The notes beneath the pieces were generated by a model that was not told the DNA's origin, ran no database searches, and saw nothing but the letters and a program-made list of their open reading frames with translations. Shown here one piece after another: positions 47,813 through 56,807 of a stretch of DNA of 64,000 bases. Position 1 is the stretch's first letter. Every line of letters begins with the position of its first letter. The DNA is from a virus: positions 6,196-70,195 of IMG/VR virus record IMGVR_UViG_3300030060_006317; one strand, written 5' to 3'. The position numbers and the translations under genes are program-made.

Positions 47813-48200
47813 CTACGCCATAATACCAAAATACGCCAAACCCGGCGATGCCGGGATGGACCTTACGGCGGTCACTGCAACTCGTGAATGGGATATTGTC
47901 ACATATAAGACAGGTATAGCACTGGAAATACCTGAGGGTTATGTTGGTTTAATTTATCCAAGGTCATCAGTTTATAAAACCGGCATGCGTTTGTGCAATT
48001 CTGTAGGAGTAATTGACTCCGGATACAGAGGCGAAATTGTGTTTAAATTTGAAATTGTTGGCCGTGGAGAAATTTATGAGGTCGGTGACAGAATTGGGCA
48101 GCTAATTATTATGCCCTATCCAAAAATAGAACTTGAAGAAGTCGACACTCTTTCTTCAACTATCCGAGGAGATGGGGGTTATGGAAGCACGGGGAAATAA
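47784..48200 (+). CDS. dut: dUTPase
   Basis: GDAGMDL, PRSS, GVIDSGYRGEI, GDRIGQL, RGDGGYGSTG. Confidence 0.95.
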   Translation: MKVKFRKIRDYAIIPKYAKPGDAGMDLTAVTATREWDIVTYKTGIALEIPEGYVGLIYPRSSVYKTGMRLCNSVGVIDSGYRGEIVFKFEIVGRGEIYEVGDRIGQLIIMPYPKIELEEVDTLSSTIRGDGGYGSTGK

Positions 48201-48202
48201 CT

Positions 48203-48532
48203 ATGTCAAAGGATCAAGGTGAAGCAAAAAGAGTTCATTTTTATGCAAACAAGGATATGCACATAAGATTTAAAGCAGCATTGGAAAAGCATCAAATGAC
48301 TATGTCGGGCTTTTTCCGTTCCTGTTGTCAAGCAATTGTTGAAGAGAATCCTTTAATGAGCGATTTCATGACTCAATTAAAAGATTCAAGTGATCAACAT
48401 TCAAAGAGAAATAATAAAATTGCAAAAAGAGATAGAGAGAAAGGTGAAGCCATAATGTCTGACTTTGGTTTTGATGATCAAGACATTCAAGAGTTGTTTG
48501 ACATCATTGCTGATCATAACCCAGAAATTTAA
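48203..48532 (+). CDS. Putative ribbon-helix-helix DNA-binding protein
   Basis: KRVHFYA...HIRFKAAL..HQMTMSGFFR. Confidence 0.45.
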   Translation: MSKDQGEAKRVHFYANKDMHIRFKAALEKHQMTMSGFFRSCCQAIVEENPLMSDFMTQLKDSSDQHSKRNNKIAKRDREKGEAIMSDFGFDDQDIQELFDIIADHNPEI

Positions 48533-48603
48533 GCCTCTAATGGCCTTTTCTTTTTGTTCAGGCTATTTATTTTACAATCATGATTATTAAGGAGATTTAA
48601 GCC

Positions 48604-49152
48604 ATGGCTAAAAAAACTTTGAACGAGGCAGTTGTTCGTCGCTTCCAAAAACTTGCGAACCTTGCCCCTATTAACGAAATGTATAGTATGCGTGACGAAG
48701 AAGAAGAAAAAATGGAAGAAACCATTGAAGAAACATACATGGAAGCTGAAGAAGAACCAGCAGCTGAAATGGATGCACCTGAATTACCCGAAGAAGAACC
48801 AGAGATGGACGTGGAAGATGGAGATCTTGAGCTTTCTGACGAGGAAGCATTAGCGATCATCGAACTTGGAAAAAAACTCGAAGCTGCGATGGGTGATGAA
48901 GAGGAAGTAGAACTCGATATGGACGACGCACCAGAGATGGATGAGGAAGAGCCAGCTCCAATGATGGAGACAGAAGAGATCAACGAAGAAGAAATCAACG
49001 AAGAAGAAGAGTTAGCGGAAGCACTATCTGAAGTTGAGTATGTTCCTTCTCAAAACGAAATTGTTAATGAAGTTGCTCGTCGAGTTGCATTGCGTCTTAA
49101 GCAAGCAAAATTGCACGAAGCAAAATTGAAAGAAGCCTTAGGTCGTAAGTAA
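48604..49152 (+). CDS. Highly acidic scaffold-like/internal head protein
   Basis: LNEAVVRRFQKLANL leader, Glu-rich body, IVNEVARRVALRL; GCTATTTA at 48562. Confidence 0.6.
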   Translation: MAKKTLNEAVVRRFQKLANLAPINEMYSMRDEEEEKMEETIEETYMEAEEEPAAEMDAPELPEEEPEMDVEDGDLELSDEEALAIIELGKKLEAAMGDEEEVELDMDDAPEMDEEEPAPMMETEEINEEEINEEEELAEALSEVEYVPSQNEIVNEVARRVALRLKQAKLHEAKLKEALGRK

Positions 49153-49161
49153 TAAATTTAC

Positions 49162-49190
49162 TTGACAACCTTTCGGTTTCATGTTATAAT
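49162..49190 (+). promoter_or_regulatory. Sigma70-type promoter
   Basis: TTGACA-17-TATAAT. Confidence 0.8.
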
Positions 49191-49191
49191 T

Positions 49192-49220
49192 AAAGAGAGG
49201 CTTGGTCCTCTCTTTTTTTT
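49192..49220 (+). terminator. Rho-independent terminator
   Basis: AAAGAGAGG-CTTGGT-CCTCTCTTT with T-run. Confidence 0.7.
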
Positions 49221-49233
49221 ATATGGAGGAATA

Positions 49234-49602
49234 ATGAAACTACTAATCGTTTCTTTTTTGTTTGGCTGCTGCCTGACTTATTTATTAACTCTCATATCAT
49301 CATCCATAAAAGCTGCTAAAGTTTTGGAAGATGCTATGACCACTTATGCAATAATGATGGTTTCATCTTATGAGGTAAGTTTAATCAGTCTTGAAAAAGA
49401 AATAATATCTTTAAAACTAGAAAACACTCAAGCAGAAAGAAAAAGAAAAATTCACAACAAGGCTTTTGAAGTATTTGCAAATAATCAAATAAAACAGACT
49501 TTAAATTTCATACCAATTATACATGAAAATATCATAAATTTTAAAAATTTTAAAGAATTAAGGACCTATATCGAAAGCAAAACAGGGAGAAACCATGATT
49601 AA
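49234..49602 (+). CDS. Hypothetical membrane-anchored protein
   Basis: GGAGG RBS; hydrophobic N-terminus. Confidence 0.55.
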   Translation: MKLLIVSFLFGCCLTYLLTLISSSIKAAKVLEDAMTTYAIMMVSSYEVSLISLEKEIISLKLENTQAERKRKIHNKAFEVFANNQIKQTLNFIPIIHENIINFKNFKELRTYIESKTGRNHD

Positions 49603-50260
49603 TTTTGATAAAAAGAAAAAGAAAACTAAAAAATCCAAGGAGGAAGTATGCGAAGAAGAAGAGGAAGAGCAACAAGAACAGATAACCTTAGTGGACCTCT
49701 TAGGAGGAGCTGCAGAAGACGCCGGGCCAGAAGCCCGAAGCATAATGTTTGTTGGAGAAGTAACCGAGGAGCGAGCAGCTGATCTTTGTTCGGCACTGCT
49801 TGTTTTAGCGCAAACAAAAGACGAAGAGGAAGATAGAGCTGAAGACATTAAACTTTACTTGTCAACCTATGGTGGTTCTGCAGACGAGATGTTTGGAATC
49901 TATGACGTAATGAATTTTTGCAAACAATTTTGTGACATTGAGACTATTGGACTTGGGAAAGTTATGTCTGCAGGAACCTTACTGCTTGCAGCAGGAACTG
50001 AAGGCAAGAGAAAACTTGGGAAGCATTGCCGCGTAATGATACATTCTGTTAATGGCGGTTCTGTTGGAGAATTGCACAATCTGAAGAACGAAATGGAACA
50101 AATCGCCGGTCTTCAAGACTCGTATATTCAAGCTCTATCTTCGGAGACAAAAATGACGAAAAGACAAATCCAGACACTAATTAACAGAAAAGTAAATGTA
50201 TATCTTTCCGCTGACGAAGCGATTGAGAAAGGTTTGGCAGATGGAGTTCTAGATGGATAA
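49595..50260 (+). CDS. clpP: ClpP protease proteolytic subunit
   Basis: LYLSTYGGS, GKVMSAG (Ser), RVMIH (His), YLSADEAIEKGLAD. Confidence 0.88.
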   Translation: MINFDKKKKKTKKSKEEVCEEEEEEQQEQITLVDLLGGAAEDAGPEARSIMFVGEVTEERAADLCSALLVLAQTKDEEEDRAEDIKLYLSTYGGSADEMFGIYDVMNFCKQFCDIETIGLGKVMSAGTLLLAAGTEGKRKLGKHCRVMIHSVNGGSVGELHNLKNEMEQIAGLQDSYIQALSSETKMTKRQIQTLINRKVNVYLSADEAIEKGLADGVLDG

Positions 50261-51149
50261 AGATTTTTATAACGAAAGTTCCGCAAACAAGTTGGGCTGG
50301 GAACCGCAATGGTTTGGTTGCGACGAGTTTGATGACGATCTCGTTGATGCTATTATAAAATATCAGAAAGAAAATGGAATGTCCGCTGATGGACTTTGTG
50401 GTCCGGGAACTTTCCGAGCAATCTTTAGTGACAGAATGTCAGATATTGAAAACTATCGACCTACTGAGGCAAAACCTGGAGAAAAATTTATTATTTCTAA
50501 TGGAGATTATTTTCCAATCAATTGGCCAAAGGTCAAATTGTTTTTTGAGGGAGACGGACTAAAACTTACTAGCGGTTATCGAAAGCATGTTGGCGAGCGG
50601 AATCCGTCTTTTTTTGTTTGTCATTGGGACGTCTGCCTTTCGTCAAAAATGTGTCATCGCGTACTAAAACAACGAGGCATATCAGTGCACTTTGCTATCG
50701 ATAATGACGGGACAATATATCAATTTATGGACATGAACGATGTTGCCTATCATGCTGGTGGGAAAACATGGAACAACAAGTCTATTGGTGTTGAGATTGC
50801 AAATGCTTATTACCCCAAACATCAGTCTTGGTATGTCAAAAATGGATTAGAAGAGCGACCAATTATTGACAATGCAATATGTCATGGAAGAAAACTTCAA
50901 CCTTTCACCGGATTTTATCCACAACAAATTGAAGCCTTAAAAGCTTTGGCGAAAGCAGTCCACAAAGCAACAGGGATACCCCTTCACGCTCCTCTTGATC
51001 GCTCCGGTAAGACAAACACTACCGTGAGCAAGAAGTGTGCCAGTGGTAATTTTGAAGGCTTTATAAGTCACTACCACTTAAAGAAGAGTAAGATCGACTG
51101 TGCTGGTCTTGACTTGAAAGCTATTCTGGAGGAAGTAAGAAATGGCTAA
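50253..51149 (+). CDS. N-acetylmuramoyl-L-alanine amidase with peptidoglycan-binding domain (endolysin-like)
   Basis: YQKENGMSADGLCGPGT; VCHW, SVHFAIDNDGTIYQ, AYHAG, N.KSIGVEI, SH...KIDC. Confidence 0.85.
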   Translation: MDKDFYNESSANKLGWEPQWFGCDEFDDDLVDAIIKYQKENGMSADGLCGPGTFRAIFSDRMSDIENYRPTEAKPGEKFIISNGDYFPINWPKVKLFFEGDGLKLTSGYRKHVGERNPSFFVCHWDVCLSSKMCHRVLKQRGISVHFAIDNDGTIYQFMDMNDVAYHAGGKTWNNKSIGVEIANAYYPKHQSWYVKNGLEERPIIDNAICHGRKLQPFTGFYPQQIEALKALAKAVHKATGIPLHAPLDRSGKTNTTVSKKCASGNFEGFISHYHLKKSKIDCAGLDLKAILEEVRNG

Positions 51150-52593
51150 AAAAGTTACACAAAATGATTTAAGGAATTTAATTGAGGGAGCCTTGAATGA
51201 AAGAGTCTCAATTAATGTTGCTGGGAGAGCTGATCAAGTAAAGCAAGCTTTGGATTTGCCCGTTGACTCTGATATAACAAAGACTTCTATCACAAATGTT
51301 GCTGACTTAGATAGGACACCAGCCGATACTTTAGATTATGACGATATGTTAAAGGCATATAGTAGAAAGTTGGATGGATCATCATTCAACGCTGATGTGC
51401 TAGACAGGATATCCAACCAAACAGATAATCCTGAAATTAAAAGTGACTGGGTAGATGCCCAAAAAATTAATCCCGAAGACCCATCGCAGATGGGAGACAT
51501 AAAAGACATTGACATTGACGCACAAACCTATGAACCCTCCTCAGTTGCTTTTCAACAAATGGCTAACATCGGAATGCAAAATTCTGATCCATCACAACCT
51601 CTTGGAAAAATGCCCGAAGGATTAGCATCATCGGTCAAAGTATTTTTTAAAAACAAATCGACATTCCAAGAGAGAGTCGAAGCTGTTTCAAATTTTTCAA
51701 CCATGGTTTTTGATGATCAAAAAATAGAGGGATTATCCGTAACTTCAATGTTGGCTGCCTCATTGTTCAATGACTATCTCACTACAATTGTAACAGAGAT
51801 GGATTCCGGAACAGGAGCGTATCAATTTGAAGTACTCTTGGCAACCATGGCAGGCGGATCAGTAACTGGTAAAGGCGATATAACAGAGAGCACTGGGCAA
51901 ATGGGTGCTGTTGATTTCTTGATGAATGACGGCACTGCTGGAAGTGCAAAGTTTTACGCAAATTTAGACGCTAGTTCGATAACTCAATCCGTCGCTGGTT
52001 TTGCGAATAAAAAAGGCAAGAGCATACTTTATGTAATAGCTCACAAGGTGGGAGATTCATCACTTGCTCAAACTGAGAGAGGGACATCAGACCCAGGAAA
52101 AATAACTCAACTAAATATTTATCTCGTCAGTGTTGTGCCGCTCGTTGACAAGCCAAAAATAAGTCAGCATTTTCTCTTACACGTAAACGGAAAGCCCATT
52201 GGTGCCGAAGTGAAAGGTAAAAAATTAATGATATCAGACAAGATAGGAAGAATAACTCCAATCCCAATCAAAGTCTCAGCTGGACAAACCAAATTTAAAG
52301 ATGCTTTGGCAACTGCAACGGCGAATTCTGATAGCGAACTCAAAGAAGCATATGAGGAGTTTCAAGCATTGTTCTCGGAACTAAACGATGCTAACCAAAA
52401 GGCTCAAAGATATTCATCAACAGGGGATGCCACAGCTGGAGAGGCAGCTCTCAAAGGAATTGACGGCGCAGATGAAAGGATGATTAGTTTGGTTTCCACA
52501 ATATCCAACAAAGATGTCTCTGGTGAAAAAGGCGCAAGAAAAATAACTCAAGAACATCTTTTAAAAATAATTGAAGAATCTTTTAAGAAATAA
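51142..52593 (+). CDS. Protein with MKLT-like motif at both termini
   Basis: KKVTQNDLRNLIEGALNE ... RKITQEHLLKIIEESFKK. Confidence 0.65.
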   Translation: MAKKVTQNDLRNLIEGALNERVSINVAGRADQVKQALDLPVDSDITKTSITNVADLDRTPADTLDYDDMLKAYSRKLDGSSFNADVLDRISNQTDNPEIKSDWVDAQKINPEDPSQMGDIKDIDIDAQTYEPSSVAFQQMANIGMQNSDPSQPLGKMPEGLASSVKVFFKNKSTFQERVEAVSNFSTMVFDDQKIEGLSVTSMLAASLFNDYLTTIVTEMDSGTGAYQFEVLLATMAGGSVTGKGDITESTGQMGAVDFLMNDGTAGSAKFYANLDASSITQSVAGFANKKGKSILYVIAHKVGDSSLAQTERGTSDPGKITQLNIYLVSVVPLVDKPKISQHFLLHVNGKPIGAEVKGKKLMISDKIGRITPIPIKVSAGQTKFKDALATATANSDSELKEAYEEFQALFSELNDANQKAQRYSSTGDATAGEAALKGIDGADERMISLVSTISNKDVSGEKGARKITQEHLLKIIEESFKK

Positions 52594-52594
52594 C

Positions 52595-52623
52595 TTGACA
52601 AACCCCTTATTCGGTGTTATAAT
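52595..52623 (+). promoter_or_regulatory. Sigma70-type promoter
   Basis: TTGACA-17-TATAAT. Confidence 0.85.
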
Positions 52624-52646
52624 ATAGTATAACATTTGGAGGCTTA

Positions 52647-54218
52647 ATGCAAAAACATTATAAGCAAGGCTCCCCTCTCAATCAAGCGATTGTCGAGGGG
52701 GTTAATATTTTGGCGGATAATGTGTCCGCTACGCTCGGCCCTCGCGGCCGGACTGTTGCTTTATTTCACAAGGAACAAGGCATACCTGTACTTACGAAAG
52801 ACGGCGTTACCATCGCTGAGTTCATTGATCTTGAAGATCCATTTCAAAATCTTGGAGCACAAGTTATCAAACAAGCAGCGAAACAAACCGTTGAGACCGC
52901 CGGTGATGGAACCACGACCTCAACTGTGTTGGCTAGAGCAATCTTGACTGAAGGTCAGCGCTATTTAACATCGGGAATCTCTCCTGTTGAATTAAAACGT
53001 GGGATCGACAAGGCTGTTGATTCAATTGTTGAAAGACTTGATGACCTGTCAAGACCAATTGAGACTGTGGAAGATATCAAACACATCGCAACTATCTCTT
53101 CCAACAATGATACGACAATCGGAACTCTTATTTCTACTGCTGTTGACAGAGCGGGCAAAGATGGTTCTGTGCTTGTAGAAGAAGCTCGAAGTATGAAGAC
53201 TTCTCTGGATCTTATAGAAGGCTTTAGATTTGATTCTGGGTACCTTAGTAGCCAATTTATTAACAATGAAAGAAATGGAACCGTAGATTACGACAATCCT
53301 CTCATTCTTATCACAGATGAGAAGATCGAAGTCATCGATCAGATCATGCCAACGTTGGAAATTGCCGCAAGAGACTCTAGACCACTAATTATTGTAGCAA
53401 ATGACGTTGAAGGTCAAGCTCTCGCTGCTTTAATCGCAAACTCTATTCGAGGAACGATGAAAATTGCAGCAGTTCGTGCACCAAAGTACGGAGAGGAGCG
53501 AAGAAACATTCTTAAAGACCTTTGTGCTTCAGTCGGAGCAACGTTTATCTCTAGAGAAAAAGGCCTTTCTTTAAGAGAAGTCAAGCTAAACGACTTTGGT
53601 CAATCAAAGTCTTTGAATATTACAAAAGGCTGGACAACGATTGTTGGAGGAAAAGGAAATTATGAAGAAATCGAAACGAGGATCACTGCGATCAAAAATG
53701 AAATACACCAAACAGAAAATCTTCAAGAATGCGAGAGGTTACAGGAAAGAATTACCCGTCTTGCTTCTGGTGTTGCTGTCATTCGAGTTGGCGCAGCTAC
53801 TGAAGTCGAAATGATTGAAAAGAAGCATCGCATTGATGATGCTTTAGAAGCTGTCAGATCAGCACAAGAAGAAGGTATTATCCCAGGAGGGGGTGTAGCG
53901 CTCGTAAGAGCGGTCACAGGGCTTTCTGTGGAGACATCTAATGAAGAGCAAGCCCTTGGTGCTCAAATCGTTTTAAGGGCATGTGAAGCGCCTTTAAGAA
54001 CAATGGCAAGAAATGCTGGAGAGTCTGAGGATATAATTTTACAAATGGTGCGCGACGCACAAGGAGACAAAGGATATGATTTTCTTAACAGATGCGTGGT
54101 TAGCACGTATGAGAGGGGCATCATCGACCCCAAAAAAGTAACAAGATGTGCATTACAGAACGCCGCTTCGGCAGCGTCCACTTTGTTGACAACATCTCAT
54201 GCCATTGTCAAAGTTTAA
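52647..54218 (+). CDS. groEL: Chaperonin GroEL
   Basis: TLGPRGR, TKDGVT, AGDGTTT, FDSGYLS, GGGVAL, GIIDPKKVTR.ALQNAAS. Confidence 0.95.
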   Translation: MQKHYKQGSPLNQAIVEGVNILADNVSATLGPRGRTVALFHKEQGIPVLTKDGVTIAEFIDLEDPFQNLGAQVIKQAAKQTVETAGDGTTTSTVLARAILTEGQRYLTSGISPVELKRGIDKAVDSIVERLDDLSRPIETVEDIKHIATISSNNDTTIGTLISTAVDRAGKDGSVLVEEARSMKTSLDLIEGFRFDSGYLSSQFINNERNGTVDYDNPLILITDEKIEVIDQIMPTLEIAARDSRPLIIVANDVEGQALAALIANSIRGTMKIAAVRAPKYGEERRNILKDLCASVGATFISREKGLSLREVKLNDFGQSKSLNITKGWTTIVGGKGNYEEIETRITAIKNEIHQTENLQECERLQERITRLASGVAVIRVGAATEVEMIEKKHRIDDALEAVRSAQEEGIIPGGGVALVRAVTGLSVETSNEEQALGAQIVLRACEAPLRTMARNAGESEDIILQMVRDAQGDKGYDFLNRCVVSTYERGIIDPKKVTRCALQNAASAASTLLTTSHAIVKV

Positions 54219-54258
54219 AACTATTTAGTATGGTTTGGGAACTTTGGGGGTATCGATT

Positions 54259-54516
54259 ATGTCGGAGAATGAAATGCAAGAATTAAAAGATGCGATTGTT
54301 AATTTAACGCATCAGATTGAAAGAATGGCTGAGAAGCAGGAAACTATGTTTCAAGACGTTCGACAGATCAAAGAAGCGATTTACAATCCAGAACAAGGAT
54401 TGTATGCTCGTGTTCGTGATCTTGAACAATGGCAACAAAGCATGTCTAGAATAGCATGGATATTTGGATCGTCTTTGGTAGCTCTTGTTGCAAAAACACT
54501 TTACGATCTATTATAG
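54259..54516 (+). CDS. Coiled-coil protein with C-terminal TM helix (holin/XhlA-like)
   Basis: NPEQGLYARVRDLE then hydrophobic tail; ACTATTTA at 54220. Confidence 0.5.
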   Translation: MSENEMQELKDAIVNLTHQIERMAEKQETMFQDVRQIKEAIYNPEQGLYARVRDLEQWQQSMSRIAWIFGSSLVALVAKTLYDLL

Positions 54517-54531
54517 AAAACTGGAGGAATA

Positions 54532-54897
54532 GTGAGAGTAAAATTATCGTATGGCGTTCAGATAGAAGACGTCCCAAAAGAATTGGCAACATTATTTGAT
54601 TATGTTTATGAGAAAAAAATAAAGCTAGAAAATCAAATAGATTTTGCTGAGAAGCTTATAGAAGAAAATGAGTTTGAATCTGCATTTGAAATAATGGAAA
54701 AGATTCGTGGAACCTTGTTGATGATGGATAGTAGGGTTGCCGATTGTTCTTTAATTGCACAAGGAATGATTAATATCAAGAAACAAGAAGAACAAAAAAA
54801 TCAACAGACAGAACAAGTCTATACAGAACCAGAAGGAGAAAGAGATGTTTCAGAAAGGGGACCTTTTGTGGATTCCACAGAACACATCACTGATTAA
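54532..54897 (+). CDS. Hypothetical protein
   Basis: GGAGG RBS, GTG start, 121 aa. Confidence 0.6.
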   Translation: MRVKLSYGVQIEDVPKELATLFDYVYEKKIKLENQIDFAEKLIEENEFESAFEIMEKIRGTLLMMDSRVADCSLIAQGMINIKKQEEQKNQQTEQVYTEPEGERDVSERGPFVDSTEHITD

Positions 54898-55090
54898 GAG
54901 CGACCCTAATAACCCAGCAAGTATCTGGATAACTACAAAGCCAGAAGTTGGAATAGTGATTAAGAGCCCTTTGGATAAAACTATGGGGTTCTCCACTATC
55001 ATTGTCGATGGATCAGAGTGGATCATAGAAAGTAAATATTTAAAACACCTAAGGAGAAAACATGATGGTCAAACTAGTAGAGTTCTTTAA
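54845..55090 (+). CDS. Small SH3/KOW-like protein
   Basis: MFQKGDLLWI...VGIVI...WII..KYLKHL. Confidence 0.55.
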   Translation: MFQKGDLLWIPQNTSLIKSDPNNPASIWITTKPEVGIVIKSPLDKTMGFSTIIVDGSEWIIESKYLKHLRRKHDGQTSRVL

Positions 55091-55328
55091 GCCACCTGGG
55101 GAGCGCCCACATTTAGATGAAGTGTGGATCAATCCTGATGCAGTGGTATCAATACGACCCGAACGCAGTGGTTTAATCGAAGAGGCATATGACTTTGGAA
55201 TTGATAGGAATGTCGAATTCAGTAAGTTAGCAGTAAATGAATCTGGGTTCAGTCGTCAAATAATTGTTATCGGATCACCAAATGAAGTTCGTGATAAATT
55301 AAATAAGAAACAATTGTTGAGGGATTGA
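55062..55328 (+). CDS. Small FlbD-like protein
   Basis: EVWINPDAVVSIRP...IIVIGSPNEVRDKL. Confidence 0.5.
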   Translation: MMVKLVEFFKPPGERPHLDEVWINPDAVVSIRPERSGLIEEAYDFGIDRNVEFSKLAVNESGFSRQIIVIGSPNEVRDKLNKKQLLRD

Positions 55329-55579
55329 TGAAGTATTTTAAAATTATATGCTGGACAGAATGTCCTTATTGTATAAAAGCAAAAAACTTGCTAATTGAAA
55401 AAAATCTTCCCTTTGAGTATTCCTCCGTAGACCACTCCAAAGATCTTCTAGAATATTTCAAAACTATTTACAGTCATAAGACAGTACCAATTGTTATTAT
55501 AAAGGAGCAAGGATGTAATGATCAACTTATCGGTGGATACACGGAACTTGTCGCCTTCCTTGAGCGAGAAGGATCTTGA
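55325..55579 (+). CDS. Glutaredoxin
   Basis: CPYC, KTVP, LIGGYTEL. Confidence 0.9.
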   Translation: MMKYFKIICWTECPYCIKAKNLLIEKNLPFEYSSVDHSKDLLEYFKTIYSHKTVPIVIIKEQGCNDQLIGGYTELVAFLEREGS

Positions 55580-55970
55580 AATTATTTTAACTGAAATGAT
55601 TAATTTAGTGGAGTATAGTTTTGATGTTAATGTAGAAGACATCGAAGGAGATAACTCTTATTGGATTGAGACACCGGAGGATGAAATCGAAGAACTTGAA
55701 TTGTTTGGGATAATTGAAATTGGAGAAGATCAGTGCGCTTTTCAAAAAATCATATCTCTAACCCATGAGACAGGTCACGCCATATATCATAGCGACCCAT
55801 ACTTTAAAACAAATGATAATACATTGTTTAGAGAGTCTTTAGCATGGTACTTGGGATACCACTTTATGGCAGAGCACGGGTACACAATTGACCCTGAGTA
55901 TTATGATCAAGATGTTGCCCGCGCAATATACTTGTACGTTAAGAGCGAGAATACAAAAGATCAAAAATAA
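55518..55970 (+). CDS. HExxH zinc metallopeptidase-like protein
   Basis: LTHETGHA...RESLAW. Confidence 0.6.
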   Translation: MINLSVDTRNLSPSLSEKDLEIILTEMINLVEYSFDVNVEDIEGDNSYWIETPEDEIEELELFGIIEIGEDQCAFQKIISLTHETGHAIYHSDPYFKTNDNTLFRESLAWYLGYHFMAEHGYTIDPEYYDQDVARAIYLYVKSENTKDQK

Positions 55971-56135
55971 AAACATGACATATCATCATGTTTCTTTAAT
56001 AAAAACAGAAAAATATGTATTCTAGCTCTTCAAATAAGAGGTGTTTCTAGCTTAAAATTTTACGTTAATTTAGTTTTTTACCTACAACCATGCATTATTC
56101 GTATATTTTTCCTAATTATTTAAAGGAGTATAATA

Positions 56136-56735
56136 ATGATTGCAATTTTTAGTTTATTAATGAGCATGGCTTCTGCTCAAACATTTGATGTTTATGTTTC
56201 GCCAATAGAATTTAGAAACCACGCAACTAATCAAAACATCGTAATAAGTCATGAGAGAGATGCACCATACTATTACAGCTCTCTTTATGCTAGAAGGGCA
56301 AAAGAAAAAAACGATCATGGTGGATACCAACCTGTTGAAAAGGTTAGAGTTTATAGCGAAGACACCATTGAAGCAGTGTACCCTGATGATTGCAACTACA
56401 GAAGAAAACCTGTTCTATGTGCCATCAAAAACAATCACTATTACGTACAAACAATTGTTACACTAAATAATGATCAAATGATTTTTAGAACAATCCTTTA
56501 TAGCCCCGAAGGAACAATAATCAATACTGCAACTCGCACTGATGAAATGATTGTAAATTGGATCAGACAACAAGAAGTTACAGTTGTTGAGACTCAGACA
56601 CGTCAAGGGAAACAAACCATGACTCATTATGGAAAAGAAGAGATGCCTCTCAAGTGGGAGATTCCATACAAACTTCTGCAATACCATGCTCAACAAGCTT
56701 CTTTAGGTTTGTGGGCTGGAGTTAAGCTAAACTGA
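56136..56735 (+). CDS. Secreted hypothetical protein
   Basis: Signal peptide MIAIFSLLMSMASA; CCTAATTA at 56111. Confidence 0.6.
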   Translation: MIAIFSLLMSMASAQTFDVYVSPIEFRNHATNQNIVISHERDAPYYYSSLYARRAKEKNDHGGYQPVEKVRVYSEDTIEAVYPDDCNYRRKPVLCAIKNNHYYVQTIVTLNNDQMIFRTILYSPEGTIINTATRTDEMIVNWIRQQEVTVVETQTRQGKQTMTHYGKEEMPLKWEIPYKLLQYHAQQASLGLWAGVKLN

Positions 56736-56807
56736 ACCTTTCGAACAAAATTGTAAATATTCCGTTACAATTTTTTACCCCCTAGTTACTAATAGGAGGT
56801 CGCATGA

